A stretch of 64,000 nucleotides of DNA from Eubacteriales bacterium (GCA_045653105.1 JAZOLL010000036.1:507-64506); one strand, 5' to 3'. Positions 6,626-17,262 are shown, counted from the first letter of the stretch. Made by a program: numbers and translations. Notes: a model not told the origin generated them from the sequence alone.

Positions 6626-9262
6626 ATGAAGCATTATTTGGAAGAAAAAGAAGCGGTCATCGCTGCCACAGGCTCATCTGAGGACGGTCTTACCTCCGCC
6701 GAGGCATCTGCCCGTCTTGAGACCAACGGCAAAAACAAGCTCATCGAACCCAAAAAGGACTCGATAGTCAAAAAGTTCCTTATGCAGTTTGCAGACCCGA
6801 TGATAATCGTTCTGCTCGTAGCCGCAGTGCTCTCCGCGATCACGGCTATATACGAGGGCGAGTCTCTCGCTGACGTGTTTATCATTCTCTTCGTGGTCGT
6901 GCTCAACGCAACACTCGGCGTTCTTCAGGAAAGCAAAGCGGAAAAAGCTATCGAGGCGCTAAAGGAAATGACCTCTGCCACCTCTAAGGTGCTAAGAGAC
7001 GGTGTCGTTTCTATTATCAAGAGCGAGGACCTCGTTGTTGGTGACGTTATCCTCCTTGAGGCAGGCGACGCAGTTCCCGCAGACGCAAGACTTATCGAGT
7101 GCGCGTCTATGAAGGTAGAGGAAGCGGCGCTCACGGGAGAATCCGTTCCTGTCATAAAGAAAGTAGAAGCGATTGAGAGCGGAAGTAATGACGTACCGCT
7201 CGGTGACAGAAAAAATATGGTCTATATGGGAAGCACTGTAGTTTACGGCAGAGGTAAAGCCGTTGTATGCGCTTGCGCTATGGACACAGAGATGGGTAAG
7301 ATCGCTGACGCGCTCGCAATGGCGCAGGACGAGACAACTCCCCTTCAGAGAAAGCTCTCCCAGCTCAGCCGTGTATTGACTATCGCCGTCCTCGGCATCT
7401 GCGTGCTCATATTTGCGGCAGGCGTCATCAAGGCAGGTGAGCTCTCCACAGACGTTATGATCAACACCTTTATGCTGGCTGTCAGCCTTGCTGTTGCGGC
7501 AATACCCGAGGGACTTGCGGCAGTTGTTACCATCGTTCTCTCTATGGGCGTTACCAAGATGTCCGCAAGAAACGCGGTCATCCGTCACCTTACAGCCGTT
7601 GAAACTCTCGGCTGTACACAGGTTATCTGCTCTGATAAAACAGGTACTCTCACACAAAACAAGATGACAGTCGTTCGCGCATACGGTGCCGACGAGGATC
7701 TCCTCGCAAGAGGAATGGCCCTCTGCTCCGACTCCGAGGTCAACGACGAGGGCGAGGTAATAGGCGAGCCTACAGAAAACGCGCTCGTTGCCTTTGCTCT
7801 CACAAAAGACCTTAACAAGCGCGACCTCAAGACAAGCTACCCCCGTGTAAGCGAAGCTCCCTTTGACTCTATGAGAAAGATGATGTCCACCGTTCATAAG
7901 GACGGCGAGAGCTTTGTGCAGTTCACAAAGGGCGCGCCCGACGAGGTGCTCAGACGCTGCGAATTCATCTACACTAAGGACGGCATTCGCCCCATAACAG
8001 ATGAGGACAAGGCAAGCATCCTTGCCGAGAACAAGGCAATGGCTGACGAGGCGCTCCGCGTACTCTCGGGAGCTATGAGACTCCACGACACAGCCCCCGA
8101 GGATATCACACCCGATGCCCTTGAGCGTGAGCTCGTATTCCTCGGTCTTGTCGGTATGATAGACCCCATCCGTCCCGAGGTAAAGGACGCTGTGGCACAG
8201 TGCCACAAAGCAGGTATCCGCGTTGTTATGATAACGGGAGACCACAAGGACACCGCGGTAGCTATCGCAAAGCAGCTCTCTATAATCGAGGACGCATCGC
8301 AGGCACTCACAGGTGCTGACGTTGAAAAGATGACCGAGGAAGAGCTTCTCGCATCGATCGAGAGCTACTCGGTATACGCAAGAGTTCAGCCCGAGCACAA
8401 AGTAAGAATAGTCAAGGCTTGGAAGGCAAAAGGAAAGATCTGCGCTATGACAGGCGACGGCGTAAACGACGCGCCCAGCATCAAGAATGCCGACATCGGA
8501 ATCGGCATGGGTATCACAGGCACCGACGTCACAAAGAACGTTGCCGATATGATCCTTGCCGACGACAACTTTGCAACTATAGTAAGCGCGGTTGACGAAG
8601 GAAGAAGGATCTACGCCAACATCAAAAAGTCTATTCAGTTCCTCCTCTCCTCTAACCTGAGTGAGGTAATCAGTATCTTCATAGCGACAATGCTTGGATT
8701 TACGATCCTCAAGCCCGCTCACATCCTTTGGATCAACCTTATCACAGACTCCCTCCCTGCTCTCGCGCTCGGTATGGAGCACTCTGAAAAAGATTCTATG
8801 GAAAAGCCTCCGAGAGACTCTAAGGAAGGTCTCTTCTCTGACGGAATGCTCACAGGTGTTCTCTATCAGGGAATCTTCGTTGCTCTGCTCACACTCGCCG
8901 CATACTTCGTAGGTCACTACATCGAGTCCGGCGTATGGGAGATAGCAAACAGCGCAGACGGAATGACAATGGCGTTCCTCACAATGTCTATGGCAGAGAT
9001 CTTCCAGGCATTCAATATGAGAAGCCGCCACGGCTCTATCTTCACAATGAAGCGCCAGAATATCACGCTTTGGGGCGCAGGAATACTCGCTTTGATACTC
9101 ACAACAGCAGTTATCTATATTCCCTTTATGGCAAACGCATTTGACTTTGCGCACATCTCTGTTGGCGAGTACTTCATCGCACTCGGAATTGCATTCCTTA
9201 TAATTCCTCTCGTTGAGCTCGTAAAGATCTTTGAAAGACTCGCGCTCAAAAAGAAAAACTAA
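6626..9262 (+). CDS. P-type ATPase, P2-type cation transporter (Ca2+/Mn2+-ATPase-like)
   Basis: Actuator LTGESVPV, TM4 motif IPEGLAAVV, phosphorylation site CSDKTGTLTQN, MITGDHKDTA, and hinge TGDGVNDAPSIK. 878 aa with about 10 predicted TM segments. Confidence 0.9.
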   Translation: MKHYLEEKEAVIAATGSSEDGLTSAEASARLETNGKNKLIEPKKDSIVKKFLMQFADPMIIVLLVAAVLSAITAIYEGESLADVFIILFVVVLNATLGVLQESKAEKAIEALKEMTSATSKVLRDGVVSIIKSEDLVVGDVILLEAGDAVPADARLIECASMKVEEAALTGESVPVIKKVEAIESGSNDVPLGDRKNMVYMGSTVVYGRGKAVVCACAMDTEMGKIADALAMAQDETTPLQRKLSQLSRVLTIAVLGICVLIFAAGVIKAGELSTDVMINTFMLAVSLAVAAIPEGLAAVVTIVLSMGVTKMSARNAVIRHLTAVETLGCTQVICSDKTGTLTQNKMTVVRAYGADEDLLARGMALCSDSEVNDEGEVIGEPTENALVAFALTKDLNKRDLKTSYPRVSEAPFDSMRKMMSTVHKDGESFVQFTKGAPDEVLRRCEFIYTKDGIRPITDEDKASILAENKAMADEALRVLSGAMRLHDTAPEDITPDALERELVFLGLVGMIDPIRPEVKDAVAQCHKAGIRVVMITGDHKDTAVAIAKQLSIIEDASQALTGADVEKMTEEELLASIESYSVYARVQPEHKVRIVKAWKAKGKICAMTGDGVNDAPSIKNADIGIGMGITGTDVTKNVADMILADDNFATIVSAVDEGRRIYANIKKSIQFLLSSNLSEVISIFIATMLGFTILKPAHILWINLITDSLPALALGMEHSEKDSMEKPPRDSKEGLFSDGMLTGVLYQGIFVALLTLAAYFVGHYIESGVWEIANSADGMTMAFLTMSMAEIFQAFNMRSRHGSIFTMKRQNITLWGAGILALILTTAVIYIPFMANAFDFAHISVGEYFIALGIAFLIIPLVELVKIFERLALKKKN

Positions 9263-9275
9263 CTAAAAACAAAAC

Positions 9276-9308
9276 GGCACTTGCGGCTTTCGCCGCAAGT
9301 GCTTTTTT
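9276..9308. terminator. Bidirectional terminator between the convergent ATPase and giant adhesin genes
   Basis: ggcacttgcggc (9276-9287) pairs with gccgcaagtgc (9292-9302). An A-run lies upstream and T6 downstream. Confidence 0.8.
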
Positions 9309-9330
9309 GTTTGTTATTTGATTTTAAAAT

Positions 9331-12300
9331 TCAAGCCGCAGGCTCTTCTTCGGGCGGGGTAAGTGTCGACGCTCCAACTATCTTATCCTTGACCTCATGA
9401 TCAAACCAAATGTTTGCCTTGTAAGCCTCTATAGCAGTGTCGGGCACGTAAAGCTTGAGGTTCGGATCAGCACCATAGAAAATATCTCTGCCGAAGAGCA
9501 CGCTGGGTGTCTCGGTGGCGAAGATCATCGCTACGAGGTTGTCTGTATCCGCAAAGGCTCTGTAGCCTATACGAACGGGGTTCGTAATGTTTATAGTCCT
9601 TATACCCGTAACAGCGTAGAATGCCTCGTCCGCTATGTAGTTCACCGTCTCAGGGAGGTTGAATACAGAGTTTTCGGGGGTTTTCATACGAGGATATATG
9701 AATAGCGTCTGCATATCCTTGCTGTAAAGCACACCGTCAAGAGTTGCAAACTTTGTATTTGTAGCTGCAATGCTGAGGCTTGCAATAGAGCTGGGAAGAT
9801 CCGCGGGTCTGAAATCAAGATAGAGCATTCCGTCGGGAAGCGTTATACTTGTAACAGTTGCGGGAAGTGTCTCAACTGCCGTAACGTCTATCGAAACCAC
9901 CGTATAAGAGTTGCCCTGACTATCAATAACAACACTCGGGAATGCAACGTGCGAGGGTATCTCTCCAAGCACGAAGGTTATCTTTGCCGAGGTATCTCCA
10001 ACCTTATCCCAGAAGAAGGTAAGCCCTGTTGCGGGATCGCTGTAGCTCTCCTCGAACGTTGAGAAGTTTGAGTAAGGCGTCTTATACTTAACAGAAGAAG
10101 CTGCCCATCCGCTTGCCGCATATTTAGCCGCATACTGCGATTCCATACATGCAGGAATAACGACAAATACATTGTTAGCGTTTGCCTGCGTTTTACCCAA
10201 GGTAGCAGGGTTGTTGGCATTATATCCGGGAGGTGCAACTACATCGGTTGTGTTAAGAATAATTATCTTAATGACCTGGTTTGTTCCCATTCCAATAAGC
10301 GGGTTGATCGCAAAGCCTTTACCGTTAGAGTGAGAAACCGATCCAAAATCCTTACCAAGTGTCAGCTCCTCAAGCGCCGTCATATTGGCAAATGCGTAAT
10401 TACCTATATATCGGATCTCGGGAAGATAAAGCTTTTTAACTCCCTTCATGTTGTTAAATCCGTACTGACCTACACTCTGCAACTTGTTTGCTGTGAGCTG
10501 TGTAAGTGTTGTAGAGCTAAATGCATCAAATGCATTGTTACTAACACTTATCACGTTAGAGAGGTCCAAACTCGTGACCGAGTTGATAGTAGTATTGTAT
10601 GCCCACACGTAACTTGATATGCTTGTAGTGGATGTACCTATCTTCAAATACTTGGTGCTTACAGTTACATCCTGATATGCTCTCGTTCCGATCGAGGCAA
10701 CGCGGTACGCGAAGTCCTCTCCGACCTTTTCTCTTGCCGTATAGCGAACCATCTCTATTGGCTCCATATACGCGTTGTATCCCATTACCGTACCCTCAAC
10801 GTAAAGAGCGTCAGGGGTCATATAGCTATCAGCATAGCCGTCATTTGCATGTATCTTTGGGAGATTATCGGAAACCATTCTCAGAGAGAGTGTTTTGTTT
10901 GTATCCGAAGATATAGAGTATACGTATCCGGGAAGCGTAACGGTGTACTCTACCGTACCGACAGTGTCGGTTATATCATACCAGTTAGAAAGCACCAGAT
11001 TGCTGAAGCCCATACCCGCATCAAGCTGAGTGGCACTAGATCCCATCTTATAGTAAGTGCTTGCATACTCGGAGTTTCCAACGATTACGTTCATGTGAGA
11101 GAATGTCGTGAGTACCTTTTCCTCTACTCCCTCTCCGTTGATAAAGAAGAGTGTGAGCTTTCCACTTCCTGCGCTGCTAAGCACAGAAAGATCGTTATTG
11201 TTTTGATGCTGTAGGTATCTTACATTTCTCGAAGGACCAACGTACGCTACAAGAAGATTAGGACAGTTAGAGAAGATAGAATCATTCTTGTCCGCAAGCT
11301 TCAGTGCAGCTCCGTCCTGCTGGTCGATCTTAGGAAGATTTGCAACGAGTACGCGGCTCATGTTAGCGATAGTTCCAAGGCCAACTCTTGTAAGCTCCGG
11401 GCCGAGGAGTCGAACACAGCCGACATATCTGAGCGCGTTCTGCTCTGCATACTCTACGTTGTTGAGGTCAAGCGTAACACAGTTCTTTGCGTAATTGCCC
11501 GCATAGAACGCTCCGTTTCCAAGCTCTGTGACGCTGTCGGGCATCTTGAGTGTATCAACATTATTAAATACTGTTGTACGGTAAGATGCTCTGCCAAATC
11601 GTGTGAGCGAATAACTCTTGCCACTCGTAGCGTCGGTAAACGTGCCTATAAGTGTGAGATCCTTTCCGCCGCCGTCGATTGTTGCGAGCATACAAGCCGA
11701 AAGCACGACCTTATCGGTCTCATTACCGTTCTCATCGAGCACCGGGAAGAAGAAGTAAGCTACATTCTCAAGGGGAGTTTCAAGCGGCAAAATATTGCCA
11801 TCCGTATCCGCTCTGAGAATAGTATCCATTGTGTGATCGCCCATTTCGGCAAGCACCGCGACATAGTCTCCGTAAAGTGCCGCATATCTATCCTGAACAA
11901 AGGTTCTACCGATTGTGGAGGAGAGCGCCTTTGCAAACGCATCGGGCGCGGGAGTTCCGTAATCTCCACTGGTGTGTATCTCGATAACAACGCTCGTACA
12001 TCCCGTAGCGAAGGAGGAAAGATTGTCTTCCGTCTGCTCTATTACGTTGATGTCGATCTTCTTCATAGACGGGCAGTTATTGAAGGTTCCGTTTCCGGCG
12101 ACAGATGTCAGACGGTGGAACTTAGCTGTGACAAGATCGGGACACTGAGCAAAGGTATATGCCGCAATAGAGGTTACAAACTGAGCGTCAACCGATTCAA
12201 GTCCTACTATTCCGTTGAACGCACGGTTAGCGATATAGGCGTCTCCAAGGATGGTAACGCTGGAAATCTTCGCTTGGTACGTGGAATAGAACTTGCCATT

Positions 12301-15024
12301 AGTGTCACCGGGGTTAACGGTAGTTCCAAAGGCATAAACGCCTATATAGGAGACCGCATCTCCGATGACGATATCGCGAGCGGTGCTCATACGCATGCAA
12401 AGCGCATAATTGTCAAATGAGGTGATCTTATACTGCTTACCCTCAACCGTTATCGTGTCAAAGTTGAATTTAAAGTCTCCCTCAGCCTCTACGTCGGGAT
12501 CGAATGCAGAGTTCTTAACGTTTGTAACGAACTCACAGGTGTTATTTGTGTCGTCAAGGCGGAGAACGTAATCGCCGTATCTCTCACCCTCAAGGAATAT
12601 GCAGCGGTACCACGCATGGTTGTTAGAGCCTGTTGTACTGGTGTACTTGGTGCGGTACGCCTCCAGCGTACTTTCATCGGGTGTGAAGAAATACTGCTTT
12701 ACCTTGTATATATTTGTGTTGTTAGCATCGTCATAGAACACACGGTCGCTACGGTTTCTGTGACTGTAGGTAGTACGTGTCTCGTCAAAGCCTGTAACTA
12801 CCGTTGTGGAGGTGTGTATTATTCTTATACCGCCGATAACGTTGTAAAGGCTGTATTCTACCTTGCTGACTATCTCGGTATCATTTTTCAGAGTTGTGAG
12901 CGAGGTCGGGAACCATATCTCGCTTATATTTGTGCCCGCAAAAGCATTAGGCATCCAAATCGTATCCGATTCGGAGAGCTTGATATTGGTCAGCTTGGTC
13001 ATATTCTTGAACGCCTCTCTGGGGAGTGTCTTATCTGTAGATACACACTCAGAGATATCCAGAGTCACGAGATTTGTCATCGTGCGGATATATGCGTAAT
13101 CGTCAACAGTGAGCTCTTTAGTGCCGTAGCATATTATAGTTACCGAGTTGAGCTCACTCAGCGCCGCAATGGGATCTCCATTATTTGTATCGTTTGTCAG
13201 ATAGTAAGAAATTACAGACTCAAGTGTATCGCCAAAGCCCTCGGGGAATGTACCGTCAACTATCTTATCCGCCGGGGGAGTTTCGTAATGAACGAGTATG
13301 TTCGTACTACTTCCGTCAACGCTCTCTACAAAATAGTCTCTGCTCATGTAGTCGATATCGTTAACAAGACCGGGCATCTCGTAGTCCGAGAAGAAGAGAT
13401 CGTTTCTTATAGCTTCGGTCTCCTCGTAGAAATTGGGGGTCTTTGCCTTCATATTCCCCGAGCCGACGTTCGAGATTATCGTCGTATTTCCTTTATATAT
13501 GCCACCGAGATCCTCAAACTTCTCTGCCCAAGAAGGAAGCTTGATAAGCTCATCGACCCAAGTTCCGCGGCTATCGATATAGATGGTCGCGCCTGTTACG
13601 TAGAGCTGGTCACGGTACATTTCTCTTAGGTAAAGGCTTTCAATAAAGCCCTGATTGAGAATGCTGATACGTCCGCAGTTGTTCATCGCAACAATAGGAC
13701 CTACGTGAGTTCTGAGCGCAACTCTGATTCGGCTCGCGCCCGAAACGTTTACGGTTTTCAACTCTGTGCTATCTGTGAGCGAGGGCACTCCCTCAGCATC
13801 TAAGACAAGGTTGCATATACGCGTAGCGTTGAAAACCATTCCGCTTTCAGCGTCGTTTTCATCGGCGGTAAGTACGGAGGTACGTATTCTGAATTCCTTT
13901 TCTACGTAAATATCAGCCTCGCCGGGGGCATCGTTATTTGCACCCATAATTTTAAAGTTGGATTCGGGCGTATCTATTACAAAGTTACCGCCTGTTCCGT
14001 TAAGTGACTTAACTATAAGCTGACCGCCCGCCTGTGTGTTGATCGTGAAGTTATCTTTATCACCGTAAATGTAACTGAGGTTACCCTGAACAGTCAAGGA
14101 TCCCTGTATAAGAAGATTTACAGGACGTGAGAGAGTGATGTCTCCTGTGAAAACGATATCGTTTGATATCTTGAGTGTCTGACCTGCCTTATAGGTAGCA
14201 AGATTTGCTCTGAGATCCTCTACGCTGAGGATATCTATAGTACCGCCACCCGCCTCGCCGCGCTCGGCGCTCTGTACGACGTCAAGCTTTACCTTTATGG
14301 GAAGCTCTACGTACTGAGATGAGGTAAGCACCTGAGAGTTCCAACCGTAAACCACGCGAAGAAGCATCTGATCCGATTCACCCTCAAGCTTATCAAATTT
14401 AGAGCTGTTTACAATGTAGGAGAGGTTCTTTGTCTCGCCCTCAACATAATTTTCCATTCCCTCTCTTGAAGGATTTGCCTCTATAAAGGACTGTACCGTA
14501 TTCCCCTCAGTGTTCATATAAGCTATGAGGTTGTCGGATTCGTCGTATATCTTGTACCAAATGCTGTTTGTATAATCAAGGACACTAGTCTGAGAGCCGT
14601 CGCCCTCGGTAACTGCAAGTCCGTCAAGTTCAAAGCGGATAGTTACGTCAAAATCAATAGAATCATCGAGCTTGCTGACCGCAAAAAAGCTCTGTCCGAT
14701 AGTATTTACGTCAACTGAAGAGAAATAAGTGTAGTCAGACGCTACGTTGATGCTTGTGGGGTCAAGCGCAGGCTCGCCCTCTGCGGGTGTTTCCTCCGTG
14801 GAGTAGAAGAAGTCAGACTGCAAAACACCGCTCGCGTCATAATGGAAGCCGAGGAATTCATAGCGCATCTTACCGGTCTTAACTCCTGTACCCTGCGCCT
14901 CGACATAGTTCTCGAACCACGCGTAAGAAAGCGCCATCAAAGCTATAACCGTACACAAAAGCAGCGCAACTACGCTCGTGAGTTTCGTGCGCTTGGAAGA
15001 TACTTTATTTGTCACTTTCTTCAT
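9331..15024 (-). CDS. Giant (1897 aa) secreted surface protein: SipW-type N-terminus, TasA-like N-domain, beta-helix-like segment and many BspA-type leucine-rich repeats. Probable adhesin.
   Basis: The N-terminus KRTKLTSVVALLLCTVIALMALSYAWFENYVEAQGTGVKTGKM matches the motif of the paralogues upstream. A beta-helix-like stretch reads ISNDIVFTGDITLSRPVNLLIQGSLTVQGNLSY. LRR_5-like units repeat (for example NYIADEAFYAVTGIRTINITNPVRIGYRAFADTDNL). No LPxTG is present. The RBS AAGGAGAGAG precedes the ATG at 15024, and the gene overlaps the peptidase gene by 20 nt. Confidence 0.7.
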   Translation of the reverse strand: MKKVTNKVSSKRTKLTSVVALLLCTVIALMALSYAWFENYVEAQGTGVKTGKMRYEFLGFHYDASGVLQSDFFYSTEETPAEGEPALDPTSINVASDYTYFSSVDVNTIGQSFFAVSKLDDSIDFDVTIRFELDGLAVTEGDGSQTSVLDYTNSIWYKIYDESDNLIAYMNTEGNTVQSFIEANPSREGMENYVEGETKNLSYIVNSSKFDKLEGESDQMLLRVVYGWNSQVLTSSQYVELPIKVKLDVVQSAERGEAGGGTIDILSVEDLRANLATYKAGQTLKISNDIVFTGDITLSRPVNLLIQGSLTVQGNLSYIYGDKDNFTINTQAGGQLIVKSLNGTGGNFVIDTPESNFKIMGANNDAPGEADIYVEKEFRIRTSVLTADENDAESGMVFNATRICNLVLDAEGVPSLTDSTELKTVNVSGASRIRVALRTHVGPIVAMNNCGRISILNQGFIESLYLREMYRDQLYVTGATIYIDSRGTWVDELIKLPSWAEKFEDLGGIYKGNTTIISNVGSGNMKAKTPNFYEETEAIRNDLFFSDYEMPGLVNDIDYMSRDYFVESVDGSSTNILVHYETPPADKIVDGTFPEGFGDTLESVISYYLTNDTNNGDPIAALSELNSVTIICYGTKELTVDDYAYIRTMTNLVTLDISECVSTDKTLPREAFKNMTKLTNIKLSESDTIWMPNAFAGTNISEIWFPTSLTTLKNDTEIVSKVEYSLYNVIGGIRIIHTSTTVVTGFDETRTTYSHRNRSDRVFYDDANNTNIYKVKQYFFTPDESTLEAYRTKYTSTTGSNNHAWYRCIFLEGERYGDYVLRLDDTNNTCEFVTNVKNSAFDPDVEAEGDFKFNFDTITVEGKQYKITSFDNYALCMRMSTARDIVIGDAVSYIGVYAFGTTVNPGDTNGKFYSTYQAKISSVTILGDAYIANRAFNGIVGLESVDAQFVTSIAAYTFAQCPDLVTAKFHRLTSVAGNGTFNNCPSMKKIDINVIEQTEDNLSSFATGCTSVVIEIHTSGDYGTPAPDAFAKALSSTIGRTFVQDRYAALYGDYVAVLAEMGDHTMDTILRADTDGNILPLETPLENVAYFFFPVLDENGNETDKVVLSACMLATIDGGGKDLTLIGTFTDATSGKSYSLTRFGRASYRTTVFNNVDTLKMPDSVTELGNGAFYAGNYAKNCVTLDLNNVEYAEQNALRYVGCVRLLGPELTRVGLGTIANMSRVLVANLPKIDQQDGAALKLADKNDSIFSNCPNLLVAYVGPSRNVRYLQHQNNNDLSVLSSAGSGKLTLFFINGEGVEEKVLTTFSHMNVIVGNSEYASTYYKMGSSATQLDAGMGFSNLVLSNWYDITDTVGTVEYTVTLPGYVYSISSDTNKTLSLRMVSDNLPKIHANDGYADSYMTPDALYVEGTVMGYNAYMEPIEMVRYTAREKVGEDFAYRVASIGTRAYQDVTVSTKYLKIGTSTTSISSYVWAYNTTINSVTSLDLSNVISVSNNAFDAFSSTTLTQLTANKLQSVGQYGFNNMKGVKKLYLPEIRYIGNYAFANMTALEELTLGKDFGSVSHSNGKGFAINPLIGMGTNQVIKIIILNTTDVVAPPGYNANNPATLGKTQANANNVFVVIPACMESQYAAKYAASGWAASSVKYKTPYSNFSTFEESYSDPATGLTFFWDKVGDTSAKITFVLGEIPSHVAFPSVVIDSQGNSYTVVSIDVTAVETLPATVTSITLPDGMLYLDFRPADLPSSIASLSIAATNTKFATLDGVLYSKDMQTLFIYPRMKTPENSVFNLPETVNYIADEAFYAVTGIRTINITNPVRIGYRAFADTDNLVAMIFATETPSVLFGRDIFYGADPNLKLYVPDTAIEAYKANIWFDHEVKDKIVGASTLTPPEEEPAA

Positions 15025-15559
15025 CCTGTCTCTCTCCTTCCTTTTTTACTTCAAGTATAAGTCCGATTATCTCGGAGACTATCATCGCCGCAAGCGGCAA
15101 AACGATAAGGCAGATAAAACCTGCGGGTGCGCTTATCACTCTGTAAACAGCGGAAAGCACAACTGTGTTGCGCTTCATTACCGAGCGGACCTCGTCACGT
15201 CTTATCGAGGGGTCTGGGTTTGAGTTTGCAACGCCCTGTGTTACTATCTTATCTCCGTCGATCTCTACGATCTTGTGCGTTATCATTTTTCCGGCAACGT
15301 CGCCCTTTGTACCGTAGTAAGTTACCACCTGACCGACCTCAAGCTCGCCGCCGTCGTATTTTTCAGAAATAATAACATCGCCAACGTTTATTTCCGGCTC
15401 CATACTTGGGGAGACGATAACGTACATCTGATGCCCGAAGATCGTCGGTGTATTACCGCTCATTTTACCGACTACAATAAATAAAATTGCAAAAATTTCT
15501 ATAATTATCAGCAGTGACGCAAGCACGCCGCCGATCTTTCCAAAAGTTTTCTTAATCAT
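15005..15559 (-). CDS. sipW: Signal peptidase I, SipW-like (S26B, ER/archaeal type), copy 1
   Basis: N-terminal TM segment, catalytic Ser box VIVSPSMEPEINVGDVI, His box ITHKIV, TQGVANSNPD, and a C-terminal TM segment. Starts 9 nt after the upstream stop. Confidence 0.8.
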   Translation of the reverse strand: MIKKTFGKIGGVLASLLIIIEIFAILFIVVGKMSGNTPTIFGHQMYVIVSPSMEPEINVGDVIISEKYDGGELEVGQVVTYYGTKGDVAGKMITHKIVEIDGDKIVTQGVANSNPDPSIRRDEVRSVMKRNTVVLSAVYRVISAPAGFICLIVLPLAAMIVSEIIGLILEVKKEGERQDEESDK

Positions 15560-15568
15560 TTATAAAAA

Positions 15569-16204
15569 TTACTGTTCCAAGTGAAAATAACTTATGTTCA
15601 TAGATATATCCTGATAAGATGCATCCGCATCGCTGTGAAAATACAGATAGCAGTCAAGCTCGGACGGTGCATCACCCTCGTCGTTATGCGGTATGATCAG
15701 CTTGTTTGCGCTGTCGTATATATCGAGTCGATATGTAAACTCTCCGTCTTCACCCACAAGCTCCGCCTTATCAAAGCACTTATAGAGCATTTCTCGACCG
15801 TTTGTAGAGGTAAGTCCATCGTTCTTGGGAGTTACTCCTATATACATCATACTGAGAAGTCGCGGGTCAGAGACTGTTATTCCGACTATCGAAAGCCTTA
15901 CCGATATTGCCGAGAGCTCCTCGTCCTGCGACTGGTAGTCAAGCGTTATCTTAAAGGGTATCGTAGCTCCGGGTACGAGCTTTGCGGGGTCGAGTTTGAA
16001 CTCTTTGGCAGGGACGTATTGCTCCCCTTCAACGAAAAGCACCTCTGCGTCTACGCCAACGCTTGAAATAAACATTTTATTGTCGCCTGTGTAGTCAAGC
16101 ATGATATAAGGGGTGCGGACAGACTCACCGCTGAGTATCCACGCGGTAGTCACTGTGCAGCAAAGCAACAGACAATAAAGTATTCTCAAAATGCGCTTTT
16201 TCAT
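15569..16204 (-). CDS. Secreted protein with a variant SipW-type N-terminus (TasA/camelysin-like minor component candidate)
   Basis: Its N-terminus is MKKRILRILYCLLLCCTVTTAWILSGES. LVPGATIPFKITLDY resembles the PG-containing strand of camelysin/TasA-like proteins. The RBS is gagggaggag. Confidence 0.5.
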   Translation of the reverse strand: MKKRILRILYCLLLCCTVTTAWILSGESVRTPYIMLDYTGDNKMFISSVGVDAEVLFVEGEQYVPAKEFKLDPAKLVPGATIPFKITLDYQSQDEELSAISVRLSIVGITVSDPRLLSMMYIGVTPKNDGLTSTNGREMLYKCFDKAELVGEDGEFTYRLDIYDSANKLIIPHNDEGDAPSELDCYLYFHSDADASYQDISMNISYFHLEQ

Positions 16205-16238
16205 CGCACAGCTCCTCCCTCTTTGATTTTTTGCGAGA

Positions 16239-17252
16239 TCAGACTATCATCGCTGAAAACTTAAGCTTCAAATTGAATGCTTTTCCGGATATAATAGACG
16301 AACAGTTTGGATCCTCTCCCTCTGCCCAGATACGAACAGTCAGTGTCTGCTGTTGTCCGTCTTCAAGAGGAAAGAGTGTCTTTGTGGGATCGTTTTGATT
16401 TTCTCCGCCGTTAAAGTCGGCAAAAGTATAAAGTCTACCGCCGTTGTTCTCATAGTTCTGAACGATCGGATAAGATACTCCGTCGTGTATGACCTCACTG
16501 GCGGGGATCAGTACGCCCTCGGGTGTATATCCCGTATATCTGAGAACGCCGTCCATCGCGTATTTTACAGTAGAAGATCCGGGGAGAGCCTGGTTGCTTA
16601 TTCCCTGATGTATCTTGGATGTCGCACCGAGAATATAAGTTGTACCCTGTACAACGTCTCCCGTACCGCTTGAGAGCGTGATGGATATTCGGATCGCGCT
16701 GATAACATCTACGTCTCCGACGTTTTCAATAACCGACGAGGGGTCTATATATACGTAACGAGTGCCTTCGTTTGTATCGTTGTTAGGCGCCTGCACCGTA
16801 AACTGAAGATCGACGTATCCGAACTGTTTTCCAAGCTCGGTATTCAAAAGTGACGCATCGTTGGGCGGGTTTGCTATATCGTTTCTCGAAATGTGATGAA
16901 GCGTTGCATACTCGTTTCCTGATGCCGATACCGACAAGCTGAAGAAGTCTCCGCTTCGTCCTGTAGCATTGGATACTGATTTCAGCTTGAAATCCTGAAC
17001 GCCCAAAAGCTCATCGAGGGTCTTTTCCATCGTAGCCGTTTCATCGAACACGAAGGAAAGCGTATTACCTGTCGCGATCGTGATTCCGCTCTGCTCGATT
17101 CGGGGCGACCAGTCTCGTTTGATCCATGAATAGCTGACATAGGTCAGGAGAACAGCGGTCAGCAGAATCATAGATACAGAATGAGCTATTTTTAACCAGT
17201 TTTTCTTCAAAAACATCTTTTTAAAATTCTCCAACTTTATTCTCCTTTCCAC
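16239..17252 (-). CDS. SipW-dependent-type signal peptide protein, TasA-like paralogue (337 aa)
   Basis: It carries the N-terminal motif TAVLLTYVSYSWIKRD and the C-terminal family motif TVRIWAEGEDPNC...LKLKFSA. The true start is uncertain: the track start is GTG, but an AAAGGAGA RBS inside the first codons favours an internal start at LENFKK or MFLKK. Confidence 0.6.
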   Translation of the reverse strand: MERRIKLENFKKMFLKKNWLKIAHSVSMILLTAVLLTYVSYSWIKRDWSPRIEQSGITIATGNTLSFVFDETATMEKTLDELLGVQDFKLKSVSNATGRSGDFFSLSVSASGNEYATLHHISRNDIANPPNDASLLNTELGKQFGYVDLQFTVQAPNNDTNEGTRYVYIDPSSVIENVGDVDVISAIRISITLSSGTGDVVQGTTYILGATSKIHQGISNQALPGSSTVKYAMDGVLRYTGYTPEGVLIPASEVIHDGVSYPIVQNYENNGGRLYTFADFNGGENQNDPTKTLFPLEDGQQQTLTVRIWAEGEDPNCSSIISGKAFNLKLKFSAMIV

Positions 17253-17262
17253 AATTTTTCTT

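Noticed and set aside
6992-9154. A 720-aa antisense ORF inside the P-type ATPase gene. Similar long shadow ORFs occur at 12616-13629, 51453-52763, 658-1380 and 1581-2363.
   Set aside because: The opposite strand carries proteins with unambiguous motifs (DKTGT, TGDGVNDAP and others). The shadow ORFs are Cys/His/Arg-rich with no motifs and no RBS, which is typical of an open antisense frame in GC3-biased genes.
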